Origin: Catajapyx aquilonaris
Lineage: Eukaryota
Direction: 5' to 3'
Assembly (NCBI GenBank): GCA_000934665.2
Contig: JYFJ02002961.1
Coordinates: 1 to 48,379, forward strand
DNA: 48,379 nt
Shown here: in pieces, positions 24,372 to 39,742 of the stretch
How positions within the stretch are numbered: position 1 is the stretch's first letter
How the letters are laid out: each line of letters opens with the position of its first letter
Made by a program: the position numbers and the translations under genes
The notes under the pieces: generated by a model
What the model saw: only the letters and a program-made list of their open reading frames with translations
The model's database searches: none
What the model was told of the DNA's origin: nothing

Positions 24372-25716
24372 TTACATATCCTGCGGATAGCAAACTCCAA
24401 GCTGCTTTCTGATTATATCCATAATCTCCGCAATTAGTCGTGTCTCCTCCAGAGTCATGACAGGCGACTCGGTCAACCCTTTAATAAAAGAAAAGCTGCA
24501 TTGCGATAACTCTTAAAAGACAGGCGACATTGCTAACTTTACCTTTCTTAAGACAGCGCCTGACTTCCTCGGCCTCGTATGTTAGCCCAATGCTGTTAAC
24601 GCAATTAAACTTCTTGGAAGTTTCCGGAAGTGGGAATGTCATTTCCTTGTCCGGTGTTGTCAACTGCGTTGGGCACCACATTGGGTACTCAACCTGCAAC
24701 CGATGACGAACTAAAATGTTACGTCTCCGTGAATAATTATAGGTATAACCTTGGTATAACTGACCTTAATAGTTCCTTTAGTGCCCACCACAAACGCCTC
24801 GCAAGGCAAGTTAACTTGGGCATGAACATTGAGCGTGGCCATTCGTCCGTTGCTGTACACGAGAGTCACGCTTTCAGAAACATCCACACCTTCGTCATTC
24901 AGGTGACCAGCCGCCAGAACCTGGACTGGCTTTTCTCCCTTGAAAACAAGAATTGCGAACTGGACGCAGTAAATTCCCAAGTCCAGGAGGCTTCCACCGC
25001 CCATATCTTTCCTCCTGTCAAAGATGGAAGAGTAAGGAAAGTCACATTTTCACACTTGCATAACTAAAGTGCGAACCTCAGTCTCTCTACGACTCGAAGA
25101 TCTTGACCAATAGAGACCATCACTTGGTACACGTCCCCGATTTGTTTCGCCTCCAACTCTTGCCGCAGCTGCTCATACGCTGGGAAACAGCGACTCCAAA
25201 TGGCCTGTCGTTAAAATTGATAATATCAGGCTATGAATTAAATTATTCCGAACACTACATTGCTAGTACGATTGATAATTGAACACACCTCCATAAAGAA
25301 AACCTTCTTCCTTTTTGCAAGGCTGATGAGCTCGTCCGTTTCCCTCAAGTTCATTGCAAGTGGCTTCTCACACAGCACGTTTTTGCCATTCTCCATAGCC
25401 ATTTTGGCGAGAGGTAAGTGCTGCGTTTGGATGGCTCCGATGTATATCACATCTGTAAGAACACATTTGCTAAAAAAAATTCATCTTTAACATTCATGCT
25501 GTGTTACGTAATACCAATGTCAGGCAGCTTGATTACGGACTCGTAATTTCCAAACGCTTTTGGAATCGAGAAGGATTTTGCAAATTTTTGGGCAGATTCC
25601 AGGTTCCTGGCTCCCACAGCCGCGACTTCATGCTGATCAGGAGGTAGGGTCGTCAAGGCGGAAACGAAGTCGTTGCTTATTGTGCCGGTGCTCAGGATTC
25701 CCCATTTCGTAGCCAT
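24372..25716 (-). CDS. DHDH: Dihydrodiol dehydrogenase, copy B (tandem paralog)
   Basis: MATKWGILSTGTI, NVLCEKPL, AIWSRCFP, GGGSLLDLGIY, YPMWCPT, NSIGLTYEA, ending RKQLGVCYPQDM*; intron positions match copy A. Confidence 0.94.
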
Positions 25717-27272
25717 TTCTGCTGTCTAAAACAAATTACACGGATGTTTACAGGTGAGGAGACATTATTACAGCCGCAGCGCAATCATGCCCTTAGTGAC
25801 AATTACTGTGTGAAAAAAACACGAGATGTTTGAAGCATGAAATACAATTAAATCCATGCACGAACTTATTCGAAAGGGTAATTGATCACCGCATCACTCA
25901 CCAAAGCTGCTTGATCGCACCAAGTTCTACCAAATGATAACGAGACAAGCTTATCTTGTCAGAAGCAGTTGCAACATCTAGACGTGATTGTCGGATATAG
26001 CTACAACTCATATTAATGTTGGAATCACACGATATCTTCACTGACCTCTGACAAAAAAAAAGCGGCTAGAAGATAACAAATTCAACAGTATATGAATCAA
26101 TGCGGTACATTTATTTTGCATATCATGAGTAGGAAACAAAAAAATTACAACACAGGATACAGTTTCATGAACATTTTATTCGTCATAAAAACATCTAGTT
26201 CTCATGACACACTGCCACTTTACAAAAAAAACAAAAACACGTCGTAAATATAATTCATTTCATATGCAACGTAGAAATACTGAAACTCAAGTTACAATAT
26301 TCAATATATATATTTAAAATTTTTATTTTTCAGATCTTCTGCGTAATTCCCCATCTGAACGCACAATTATTCATAGGACTTGCAATATTTTCCGAGTCAA
26401 AAGTCACTTTCAAGAGCAATGACTAGGGTGGACTACTTTGAGTTAGTGACTGGTCGCTTCCTAAAACTTCAATCTAACCGACAATAATTATTGAAGCTTC
26501 ATGAGCAAAAAAATAAAGGACCGGGAAAATCTTCCAAGCCACGAGTAATCTGCATTACAACAAGTAAAATCCATTCTCAATCACTTGGATAAAATCTCTT
26601 CAAAGAAAAATAATAATAATTAACAAATACATTCATAAATGGCACACTTTCAATAAAATCAACGTAAGATCATTCATGTCTGCAAAATATAATTATGTAA
26701 TGGAATGTTGTATATTTGGTATATTTTGACTGTTCAAAAACAAAACCTGGCAATAAAATGTGATCCCCGTCAATCATTTTAAAAGAAAACTTGGTCGTGA
26801 AATTAATATGCAGCCTTGGGGAAACCACTATTTCAATTACCAGATAACGGACTAGAATATAGGTCATGTATCATACGCGTATAATATGTAAGTACATACT
26901 GTACTTGAAATATAAGGATTGCAGAAGTTATCACCTGCACAAAAAGGTGGGCAAAAATAAGTTTAAATAATTTAAAATAAAGAACGACTAGATCCAGACT
27001 GTAGAAGTCTCCTGAATTTATATAGTACCTCTAAAGTTAACTGAAGGTTCTTGCTTCGTGATGTTTCCGACCAATTTCCCGTATGAACCGTATGAATTGG
27101 AATGCTGATGAAATTGGACTTAAAAGTGTGGCTATGCTGTACACATACTTTTGTATATTTTAATGCACCATATTCATCCGCCTGAACATGGCATTCTTTT
27201 AAATCAAATGTTGCCACTAGCATGGTTCCGATTAGGCAAGTGTGATCTGACCTTCGACCTTCCTCTTTCATG

Positions 27273-29877
<2,605 letters not shown>

Positions 29878-30412
29878 GGCTGGTCCTTTAGATACCATCA
29901 CACCGTGTCCCTGGTCACCCCTGCCTGTAGATGGGCTCCGGATTCCATCTAATTCGCCCGCACATCGTCACTTTCTTTGCGAAAATTACTTTCCTTTTCT
30001 TGAGTTCTTTTTTCTTCCTTTTACTTTCCGGCGGCCATCTTGAAAAGTGGGGACCGGAGCAGGGTTGCCACATGTGCCCGTGACGTCACCAGCAAGGTCG
30101 CCAGATGGAGGGAACAGTGGTGCCGCAGTTAACAGGCGGCCTTTTCAAACGCTTCAAGGCTAATTAGATAATAATAATCAGCCGTTTGTAACAATCCGTA
30201 TGGCAATTAGGGAGCAAAATAAGGCGGAAACACATAGTGTTGCATACGATGGCACTTGGCATTGTCTTAAGAATATCGTTATATGGTGTAATATACCGCT
30301 AATAAGAGTATTGCTGGCCATCAAGAATGTGAATTTGAAATAATTCTGATAGCGACTGATTGCAACTTGTTAATGAAGTTCTAATGGAAAAAAGGATTTT
30401 TTTTGTTCAATT

Positions 30413-30487
<75 letters not shown>

Positions 30488-30498
30488 TACTACTACTA
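30413..30498. repeat. (TAC)n trinucleotide microsatellite
   Basis: About 28 TAC units with one interruption. Confidence 0.98.
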
Positions 30499-32672
30499 GC
30501 AGTGGGTCGCAAATTCCACAGTGTTTTAAAATTCATTGAGATTGCATCAGTATAGTATTTTGAAGATTACATTACCCTCGTTCATGTTTAACATTATTAC
30601 AAATAATGGCAGAACCTTCAATGCGAAAATGTAGGGTTGAGTAATATTTCATGATGAGTGGCATTTCCAATCATGCAACTGAAGCATTAGCATAACCTTC
30701 TCCATCGACGATGTAGGCTACTTTTCGACCAAGGTTCCCTGCGTTATTGCGGTATGCGGTCAAAGCTTTGAGTGCTGAGCGATGAGTAAGCGTGTACGTG
30801 TAACAGGCAAATAAGAGTTTGGAGTGACAGGCGGACAAATAGCTTAAAAAGCTTGTGGAAATCCCGAGGGTCACATTGTTGGCCCCTGTCAAGTTAATTA
30901 GCATACGAAGAGCAAGTGCGCTGTGCGTAGGAGTGTGTGATTGACTCTTTGTTTATTCTTTAAACAGAAAGACCGAGGCGACGCCTGAGACGCCCGTGAC
31001 TTGTCACCTTCACGCATGGACGACCCAGACGAGGAAATCTCTGTTTTTGTCCGGCTACTGATGGGATAATATATCCAACTTGCGTAATCAAGGACGACAC
31101 CTGACTTGGTTTTTGTGTCGTCCCATGTTTCATTTTCATGCCCCCAAGCACACAAGAAATTTCAGGAATAAAAAAAAAAGGAGGGGGGGGTGTTGCCCTT
31201 CAAAGCTTTTTAAAAACCTCACCTTGAACGGATACTTTTATTTTTTCCAAGAATTGTGTTCCTGATTGGGCTGGTTACATGGGACAGAAAATATTGTGAT
31301 TTACAGCGAAGCATCCTGGAAATGTCAACTGTGCAGTGTAAAAATATTGCAAAGAGAAAGTCGTTAAATCAACCTATTTGCAAATTAATAAGCAGCGATT
31401 TTGTAACTCTGCGCAAAAAGCACACACTTAGGTTCAAATAAACACGCTAATTCATGTTAACAGGTGTAAAATGGCTGTATTTACTCTAAGTATTATGTAA
31501 TGAATCGCTCCTTATCTAAGTGAGATTCAACGAGGGTGTTACAAGCGTCAGCGTGTACCTTCATGCCCTTCGCTGATTGTAAGAAAGACAGACATGAAAA
31601 AAAGGGTTTAAAAGGAGGCGCAGGAGGTAAATACAAGGGACATTACTAATTTTATCAAAATAATGACATTCTCCAAGGTTTTCTTTGCTGTCTAAAGGCA
31701 CGTTCAGTCAACTCAAAGGCGCAGAAAAAAATCTGGGTCAAACATTGCCCATGGGTGAAGCAAATACCCGGTTTGATCTAGCTTAGGCCCTTTGCCGAAC
31801 TTTTGAAAGGTTAGGAAAAACCCAGGCATCATTGGTACCCTTCGAATGAGTAACCTTCTTGGTCAGTATACGTAACACATATAGAAAGTATTTGACAAAA
31901 ATGACACGCGCCTTGGAATCTTTTTAGGGGGAAGCCCGAGGCGCCAAAAACAAGGCGGGGTTTGGCATATAATTTGCATAAAGACTCTTCTTCCTGGAAG
32001 ACGGTTCCAGGTTATATTTTCGTGATGGAATGCATTATGGATGAATTATGTGTCATGCAAGATATATGAGGGTGGGGTTGGTGTATGTGTGCATCGAATA
32101 TTGCCCAGTCATTTTAAATGTATGTCCAGTGATGATTTTCTAATGGTTGATAAACAACTCGAAGTTGTTGGACTGTGGAACTTGAGCAGTTTACCACCCT
32201 GTACTCTGAAACTGCGTAAAAATTTTGCGCAATTTTTTCTTCTTCGGGCGACATATACTTGTACAAAAGGCACGTCCAGCCTTGACCCTGAGTGACCATT
32301 ACTTTACGGATCCCTCAAGGGCAGCAGAAGGGGTGACGTGCTCTATGAAACGTACTCTACCTGCAAATTTTAAAAAATGTGTGAAGTTATTACTGGCCAT
32401 AAATTACCTTGCGTCTGACGATAGGATTGACATAAGAACCGTATCCATGCGTTATAGGTCACGATTCTAATTAATATTTCATCTCCGCACGCTTTGGTCG
32501 TGCTGATGAGTGGACTGAAGCGAGGTTACTTAATCATCCGTGTAATTAGCGTGTTTTTGTCAATTGCACGTCTGTAATATATCCTGTGAATTTGCCAAAA
32601 TAAAAGATGTGCGAAAATACATTTTATCTACCATCATCTTATAAGAACAATATCTCATGAACATGTCCTCAT

Positions 32673-33029
32673 CAGGGAGCATATACTACATAAGAGGCGC
32701 AAACATTCGATTTCCGCGTCTCTCTGTTTGGGGCGCTGCTAAGGCTGGCTGCCATCTTGAAGTGTGGGGAACGCCAACGAGGTATAAATAGGGTACAGGC
32801 AAAAATAGGGTCCGCCATCTTTGATTCGCGCGTGTTCTTGCCGTGTAGTTGCCATGGCCGCCAAAACCATCAAAGATGGCGGGCCCTATTTTTGCCTGCA
32901 CCCTATTTATACCTCGTTGGCGTTCCCCACACTTCAAGATGGCCGCCAGCCTTGGCAACGGCCCCAAACAGAGAGACGCGGACATCAAAGGCGCCTACAG
33001 AAGTTTGCGCCTCTTATGTATGCTCCCTG
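32673..33029. mobile_element. Fold-back MITE with CAG...CTG ends (hAT- or P-like)
   Basis: CAGGGAGCATA...TATGCTCCCTG, long internal inverted arms, flanking direct repeat tcctcat (32666-72, 33030-36). Confidence 0.85.
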
Positions 33030-33632
33030 TCCTCATTAAGAACATGCTAATTACTCCCAGTGTGCAGCAGATATAGGCCTAATAATAATATATTATTATT
33101 GAGACTACTGTGACGAATCATGGTAGTTTCAGGATTCAGGCGTTGAGTAGTTATGCTTTAAAATGACCTTTATGAGTTCAATTCCATCTGTTGCAGGAGT
33201 TTAAAATTCCTTTGAATATATTATGAAGGGTATATGGCTCTTGCAACATGTGCCCCTTAATTTGCATAAAGCCATCAGATAGACCGAGGCGCTATAAGAA
33301 TAGTTTGAATAACCGGTCGTGACATCATGATGTCAACCCGAACCAGGATGAATCGACGGATTCCAGTGATTTGAGATGCCTAAAAATAGTCTGGTGATTT
33401 ACCTGACCTGGTCACCATTATTGAAAGGAATAATTACGCAACGTTCGGGTAAGTTCCCCTCCGAGCAAACCGCGTCTTTAAAACGTTAAGAGGTGCCATC
33501 AGACTCATTAAATATCATCCTTCTTCTCTCAGGGAATTTTTTTTTGCACTCTTTGTTTTACCACGCCCCCGCAGACTTCTTATACGTCATCGTCGTTGAA
33601 GCTCTTTTCATTCTTTTCCTCCAACGACTCAG

Positions 33633-33640
33633 TATAAATA
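33633..33640 (+). promoter_or_regulatory. TATA box of His-rich peptide gene 1
   Basis: TATAAATA about 90 bp upstream of the ATG at 33726. Confidence 0.65.
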
Positions 33641-33725
33641 CTGGGCCTCTTCACCTGTCCAACCACCAAACTTCATCCAGTCTGTCGCCTGGCAAGACCC
33701 AAGAATAGTGTACAGAGAGTACATC

Positions 33726-34304
33726 ATGACGCACCTCTCCTCCAAGGTAAGGAACTTTATAATAACCAAAGCCTTATTATTCTGGAGAATTCATCTGTAA
33801 CTGTTAACAATCAAGGGACAATATTTTTTGCATTTTTTTTTTACAATATTGAAGCTCATTGTTGTCATTGTGACATCATCAGAACTGATTGCACAGCAAA
33901 TGGAAGCTCTAGTTGTATCAGTATAGTGTATGACCCGGAAATCTTGGTGCAAATATGTATGTTGAGATGATTGACTTTTATTGTCACTAAATCACTGGGC
34001 TTTATTTCACAGCTGTCTGTGTTGGCTTTGGTGCTGGCCCTGGTGATGATGCCCTTGGCCGTCGAGTGCTTCTTCTTTGGCTAGTAAGAGGAACGAGAGA
34101 TTGGCTTCGGTTTCACTAGTCGTAATTCACGACACCCCCCCCCCCCTTTTTTTTTCTTTCTTTCTTTCCAGTGGTCATCACGGTCACCATGGCCACCACG
34201 GGTACTATCCACATCACCATCACCACCATGGATGGGGGCACCACGGATGGGGCCATCACCATGGTCACCATCACCATCACCACCATGGCCATCACTGGGG
34301 CTAA
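33726..34304 (+). CDS. Small secreted His/Gly/Trp-rich peptide 1 (74 aa, 3 exons)
   Basis: Exons 33726-33746, 34013-34083, 34172-34304 with GTAAG donors and CAG acceptors give MTHLSSKLSVLALVLALVMMPLAVECFFFGYGHHGHHGHHGYYPHHHHHHGWGHHGWGHHHGHHHHHHHGHHWG*; TATA upstream, AATAAA at ~34359. Confidence 0.88.
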
Positions 34305-35143
34305 CTGCAAAGACAACTACTGGAGTACTAAAAACGTTGGAAATAATAACTGCTCATCAATAAATGCGTTCTCTAATAATTTCATATACTCTAATTATTC
34401 CACTTATTGACATCCCGAAGGACAGATCTTATTTCTCGTTGGCTGTATTGTTGTTAAAGTTGGTAACAACATAATTGCATCCTTGAACCGAGAAGTATAT
34501 TGTACAATGTCACACGCACTACAGCACCATTGTTAGTTGTTAAAAGGATTAATAAACCGGTTTGGACGTTTTTACCACTCTTTTTTTTTTTGCGAGGGTG
34601 TCCTCTACAGAGTCTCATCATGCTAATGTTACGTCACGCGTACGGAGACCGATGACCCTTAAGAGAGTTACGTTTGCACTTTTGTTTCCACATTGTCGCA
34701 AATTCCAGCAAATAGCGAAAGAATCATTGTTTCCTGTACAAGAGAAACATTGGCTATTATTAATTAGGGTTGTTTTATACATATTTTGAGACTTCTTTTG
34801 CAAGTTAGTTTGCAGTACTGTACAACTTGGCCTTCATTTATTACACTGTGGTTAATTCTCATCGACCCTGCTGGTCACTGATTAATCTGGGTCAGAGGGA
34901 TGTGAGCAAAGTCACATTTCTCCTTCGTTGGTTTTCCCCCAGGGTCATTGAGCCTGCTACACCAGCATCAGCAGAGGAAGATGATGAAGAAGAAGAAGGT
35001 ATCTCTGTTGGCCAGCAGGTGCTCCGTCGGTGGTCCGTCCTTGTGCAGCAGGCAATACACTTGGCCTTGGGCATTCCCTCCTTCTCTTATTGCTTTTGGA
35101 GCTGAGAGAAGGGCACTGGGCAAAACAATCCTCTTGTGTACAG

Positions 35144-35150
35144 TATATAA
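35144..35150 (+). promoter_or_regulatory. TATA box of Gly/His-rich peptide gene 2
   Basis: TATATAA about 90 bp upstream of the ATG at 35233, the same spacing as gene 1. Confidence 0.65.
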
Positions 35151-35232
35151 GAAGGGGGTCCAGCCTCCGTCCACAAATTATTCCGCAACATTTGATCGTC
35201 CTGTACACATGTTGCTCCGGACAACATCCAGC

Positions 35233-36363
35233 ATGTCGCCCTCCAGAATTGCGGTAAGTTGATGAGATGTTGTAGTTATTGTTGGACTTTTGAAAATATT
35301 ATCAAAAATGAAAGACTCAGCAAGTCCCGGATAATCGGGAGTACAGTGTAATAATTATAGTCTTGCTTATAGTTTTTTGAATCGAAATGCCTGCGCGACA
35401 TGCAACCAACCAAACAGGCCTGCAAGTTGGGTTGCCTAGCGTCCAGGATGATCCCTTGAGTTCACAAATATCATCTCTGCACAATAATTCTAAAAACTGT
35501 GTGTGTAATTTTGATGCAAGTTTAAAAACATATAGCTCAATAACGATATTCTTGTGCAGCCATTTTCTATAACACCTTTCGCAAATATTCGTGTGGTCTG
35601 ATGAACTTTTTGCACGCATTGCTCCTGTAATTAGTATCACACCGAAAAAAAAAACTTGCTGATGCGAGGCATGGTCAAGGTTTCTATGGCCTCGTCACGC
35701 AGAGCAGGTGAAAATTATAGTCGACAAAAATTGCTGACCAATCGAGTGATGTAACGGATGGTGTCGGCGTATTAATTAAGAGTACCATTAATCACTCACA
35801 GGGTGATCCGACTGACTATAATATGCCCATTTGTTGGTACTAATATGTTTATTTTAGTTAGTTTAATGGCTGGCAGGATAAAGCCATCTAACTGTCCACT
35901 GTTGTATTCAGATGGTTGGAATTGTTGCGTGCCTATTCCTGGTGGTAGCGACCAGTGCAGAACCATTGTTGGGAAAGTAAGTTGGCAGTGTAAAGACACG
36001 TACTGGCCGTTTACACGATGACTGTACTGTACTGTACTGTACCCATTTTTTTGAAGGTTGTTCCATGGATTATCTCACGGACATGGCCATGGCCACGGCC
36101 ACAATGGAGGATACGGCTATCACAGCCATGGACCGACATACGGATACGGCCACGGTGGGTACGGAAACGGTGGGTACGGACATGGCGGGTATGGCCACGG
36201 AGGGTATGGCCACGGAGGATACGGTGGGCATGGTGGATACGGTGGCCATGGTGGTTATGGTGGCCATGGTGGATATGGTGGATACGGTGGCCATGGAGGA
36301 TACGGCCACGGAGGATACGGTGGCCATCACCACCACCACCACCACGATGACTACCGCAGATAA
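35233..36363 (+). CDS. Small secreted Gly/His/Tyr-rich protein 2 (130 aa, 3 exons)
   Basis: Exons 35233-35253, 35912-35976, 36057-36363 give MSPSRIAMVGIVACLFLVVATSAEPLLGKLFHGLSHGHGHGHGHNGGYG...(GGYGH/GGYGGH)n...HHHHHHHDDYRR*; AATAAA at ~36497. Confidence 0.88.
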
Positions 36364-36827
36364 ACTCACAATAAGTTAATTACGAACCATTTGTCCAGTT
36401 GTTACATGACACACATGTCACCCAAAAACAATCGCATTTAGTATATGTTAACAAGGTGTTATGCAAGTGAGTTACACAGATGTATATAAAACGCTAAATA
36501 AATTATTAAATCAGTAATAAAACTACACATAATAACGTCTTTTATTGCAAACAGAGCCACTTGATATGGGTTGATCAGTCGTTCGACAGTCACAATCAGC
36601 CTTACATAAAATTTTTAATACATTTAAGGATCACAATCATACACGTACATTCAATGAAAATGCAATTAAAATAAATACTGTCCATTCTGATAACATCCGA
36701 TTTGTAATTAAAGACTGGTCGAATCAGTCCAACAACACCTGCCACAAATTCTTATAGGCCAGTGCATCACAAATAAATAAGACAATGCCCGTCGTAACAT
36801 ACATGTACCGCACATGATGTCTTGAAC

Positions 36828-38746
36828 CTACTTGTCCTTACCTGCCACGCCTTGACCTTCTCTACTGTTATTGTTGGCACTTTCTCCATTGGTGCTGCCC
36901 CTGCTGAGCCTGATCCTCTCCTGCATCTCGATGGCGATGTACCCTGTCATGCCCAGCAGAATGACACCCAGCAGCACGTACAGTTTCAGGTACACGCACA
37001 GGAGCTTGCTGTACACGTAGGCGATGATGAATCCAACAGATTCCCACAGGCGGTAGTTGCTGAACGCTGCTTCTTCCTCAGATGGAAACAGGACTCCGTA
37101 GAATGCTGGGAACATAGGAGGACATTAGTGCTGGGTCGGTGGTACACCGAGATTAACGTACCGTTGATCTGCGTTTGCCATATTGCATCGGCAACGCCCC
37201 ATGCTCCGGCCATGACGAAGATGACTTCCGGATGGGCGTTTGAGGGCTTCCAGGTGAGGAAGACCACGATCATGGCCACGTTGATGGCCGCCCCGAAAAC
37301 GAAGATGGGGGTACGGCCCACCCTGTGCAGCACCGGACCAAAACTGGCCGAAAACACAGAGTCCAGGACACCGTAGCATATCAGCACGTACCCTACATGC
37401 TGGACTCCCCATGCGCACGTCACGAACGCCTTCAAGCATATAACAGGCATGAATGTACTGCTGTGCACAATTTGTATAGGATAATTATACCTGCGTAAAT
37501 TCAGCACTGAGGAATCCTTGCTCCATACCGCTCCAGATGGTCAAAGGAATTATTAGTATCTGGTACGGCTTCTTCATCTGTCGAAATGTGGCTACCATCA
37601 GCTTCCATCCGGTCAGTGTCGCACCGCTGCCAGTACGTTCCCGTTCGCCATACCTGTACGGTTATAATAACAGTGCGCTGTCCTTTTTGGTGCAGCAGAC
37701 AATAAGAAGACATGCTGTTACCTGAGGAGAGGGTCGACAAAGAGGGCGACCAGGACTGCAGCGCTGAGGGAACATGCGAGGTAGATGGAGGCCAACGTGT
37801 AGATCTTCTGGTTCGACGGTGGGGCCAGGTTGGCATTTGACGTCTTGTTGTCTGCTGCAGCTGCTGACACATCGTCAATCCCGCAAAAATTGGCGCCGCA
37901 CACTTGGATCTCATCCTCACTCAGCAGCGTCGAGTTGTCAGGAGCTCCAGACGACAACACTGCGATGGAGAAACATCAATCAATCAATCAATCAATCAAC
38001 GACGACCACTGACCTGTTCCTGCGATGAGATTCCCCCAAATCTGGGCTGTCTGAAAGGCGAGGAAGAAGATGCCGAAGAACCTGACGATGACCTCTTGGC
38101 TGTCCTGCTTCCTGATCCTGGCGTAGGTGTAACCGACGTGGGTCAGGTAGGTGCATTTGGCGGCCCAGAGAGGGGCGGCCCCGAGGCCCAGCACCACCGC
38201 CCCTGGGATGAGGGTGGCGAAGGAGGGCTTGAACTGCGCCCCGATGTACAGCGAGTAGGTCAGGATGGTGACCACCAGCGTCCACTTGCAGGTCAGCCTC
38301 CGGATCAGGACAGTGGGCACGAACATCGAGGACAGGACCAGGGCTCCGTACAGGACGGACAGGGAGTACGTGCCCAGACCCTCGTCGGGGTTTATGGAGC
38401 TCTGCGGGAAAAGAATGTTTGTCCGAGCTGGTAGTACCACTGCCGCTCGCATACCCTGATAGTGGCACGCCATCTATGCGAGGGGCGTGGTAGTACCGAC
38501 CTGCAAGTTGGCCATGCTTTGAAATGCGGTGAAGTTGAGCATGAAGGCGACGCTTATGACGACCACGTTCTTCAGTATGCGACGCCCCTCCGACGGCGGG
38601 AAGTCCGGTTCAGACGACGTCGCTGCTGCGGGCGTCGACGACGTCGTCTCCTTATTATTGCCATCCGATGCGTCGAGGGTGAAGGCCTGGTTGACATACG
38701 ACAACTTGGTGTCGTCCACCGTCTTGGCCGACAGCAACTCGGCCAT
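36828..38746 (-). CDS. UNC93A: UNC93-like MFS membrane protein
   Basis: ILKNVVVISVAFMLNFTAFQSMANLQSSIN, GAAPLWAAKCTYLT, FFGIFFLAFQTAQIWGNLI, CGANFC, WGVADAIWQTQINAFYG, EAAFSNYRLWESVGF. Confidence 0.95.
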
Positions 38747-39321
38747 CTCGCTTATTATTCAGCCTGAGGATTGTTTACCCCAGCAATTATTGTCGCAATT
38801 ACTATGCGGCCTTCGACGTATTGAACACACTAATAAAGCACACAGTTTAACACGTCAGCATCAAGTGCTTCCCAATTACAGTGTATGCACCAATTGCATG
38901 TATATCCCGCCGTGACACGACCTTCAGGGCATTAGCACTACCTTGACAATATAATGTACACCAGCGTGTGTATGACCTTGCCTCAACAAAAGCCATGCGG
39001 TGCGTATGGCCTTAATTTTCTAAAAAGAAAATCCAACTCATGACCACGCACTTTCACCTCATCCTTGTGGTGACTGACAACCGACAAACTTTGTGACATA
39101 TACTATATTCCGGCCAACTGCAGCACTGCTGACACCTCACCTAGTTTTAAAACTGGTGATTTTCAAGGTGACGTCACTCATAATCGAAACAATGAGCCGG
39201 AAACGAGAGATAGCAAATGTACACACCGAGACGTACGTATACGTACATGTCGCTTACGAAGTGCGGAATAAAAATTAAAATATAATTACAATAAATACTT
39301 TCTCAATTGCGGTACTATAAA

Positions 39322-39742
39322 AGTATAAATGGCAAAGTTTGTCCGTTTTTACCCATTTCATATCCGTTAGGTAAGTAAAGCCAAAGGTTTTTGTTTGTTT
39401 GTAAACAAACAAATAAAAAACCAACAACCAACCAAACAAACGAATTTAAAAAAAAAAATTGCAACGCTTGTTTGTCCTCTTTGTATCCATTTCATACCGA
39501 TTTCATACCCGTTTTATACCCATTAGATCGAGGCAAAGTTTGTGGTTCATTTTATACCCATTTCATACCCATTAGGTAAACACATTTTTTTTTTGCTTGC
39601 TAGTAAACAAAAATATAAATGGAAATGTTTGTCAATTTTATTCCCATTCATACCCGATTTATACCAGTTAAGGTATAAATGCAAAGTTTGTTTGCTTGTT
39701 TGTCCATTTTATACCCGTTTTATACCCATTGTAAACAAACAA
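39322..39742. repeat. Degenerate tandem repeat with TTTATACCC(A/G)TT and GCAAAGTTTGT cores
   Basis: Repeated gcaaagtttgt...tt(t/c)atacccattt blocks at ~39332, 39533, 39621, 39681. Confidence 0.7.

Noticed and set aside
32686..33076. Mirror ORFs sharing KCGERQRGINRVQAKIG on both strands
   Set aside because: Consequence of the MITE inverted repeat
36018..36379. Trp/Arg/Pro-rich (WPWW) and Met/Thr-rich alternative-frame ORFs
   Set aside because: Shadow frames of the GGYGH repeat; only the Gly/His frame splices to a signal peptide
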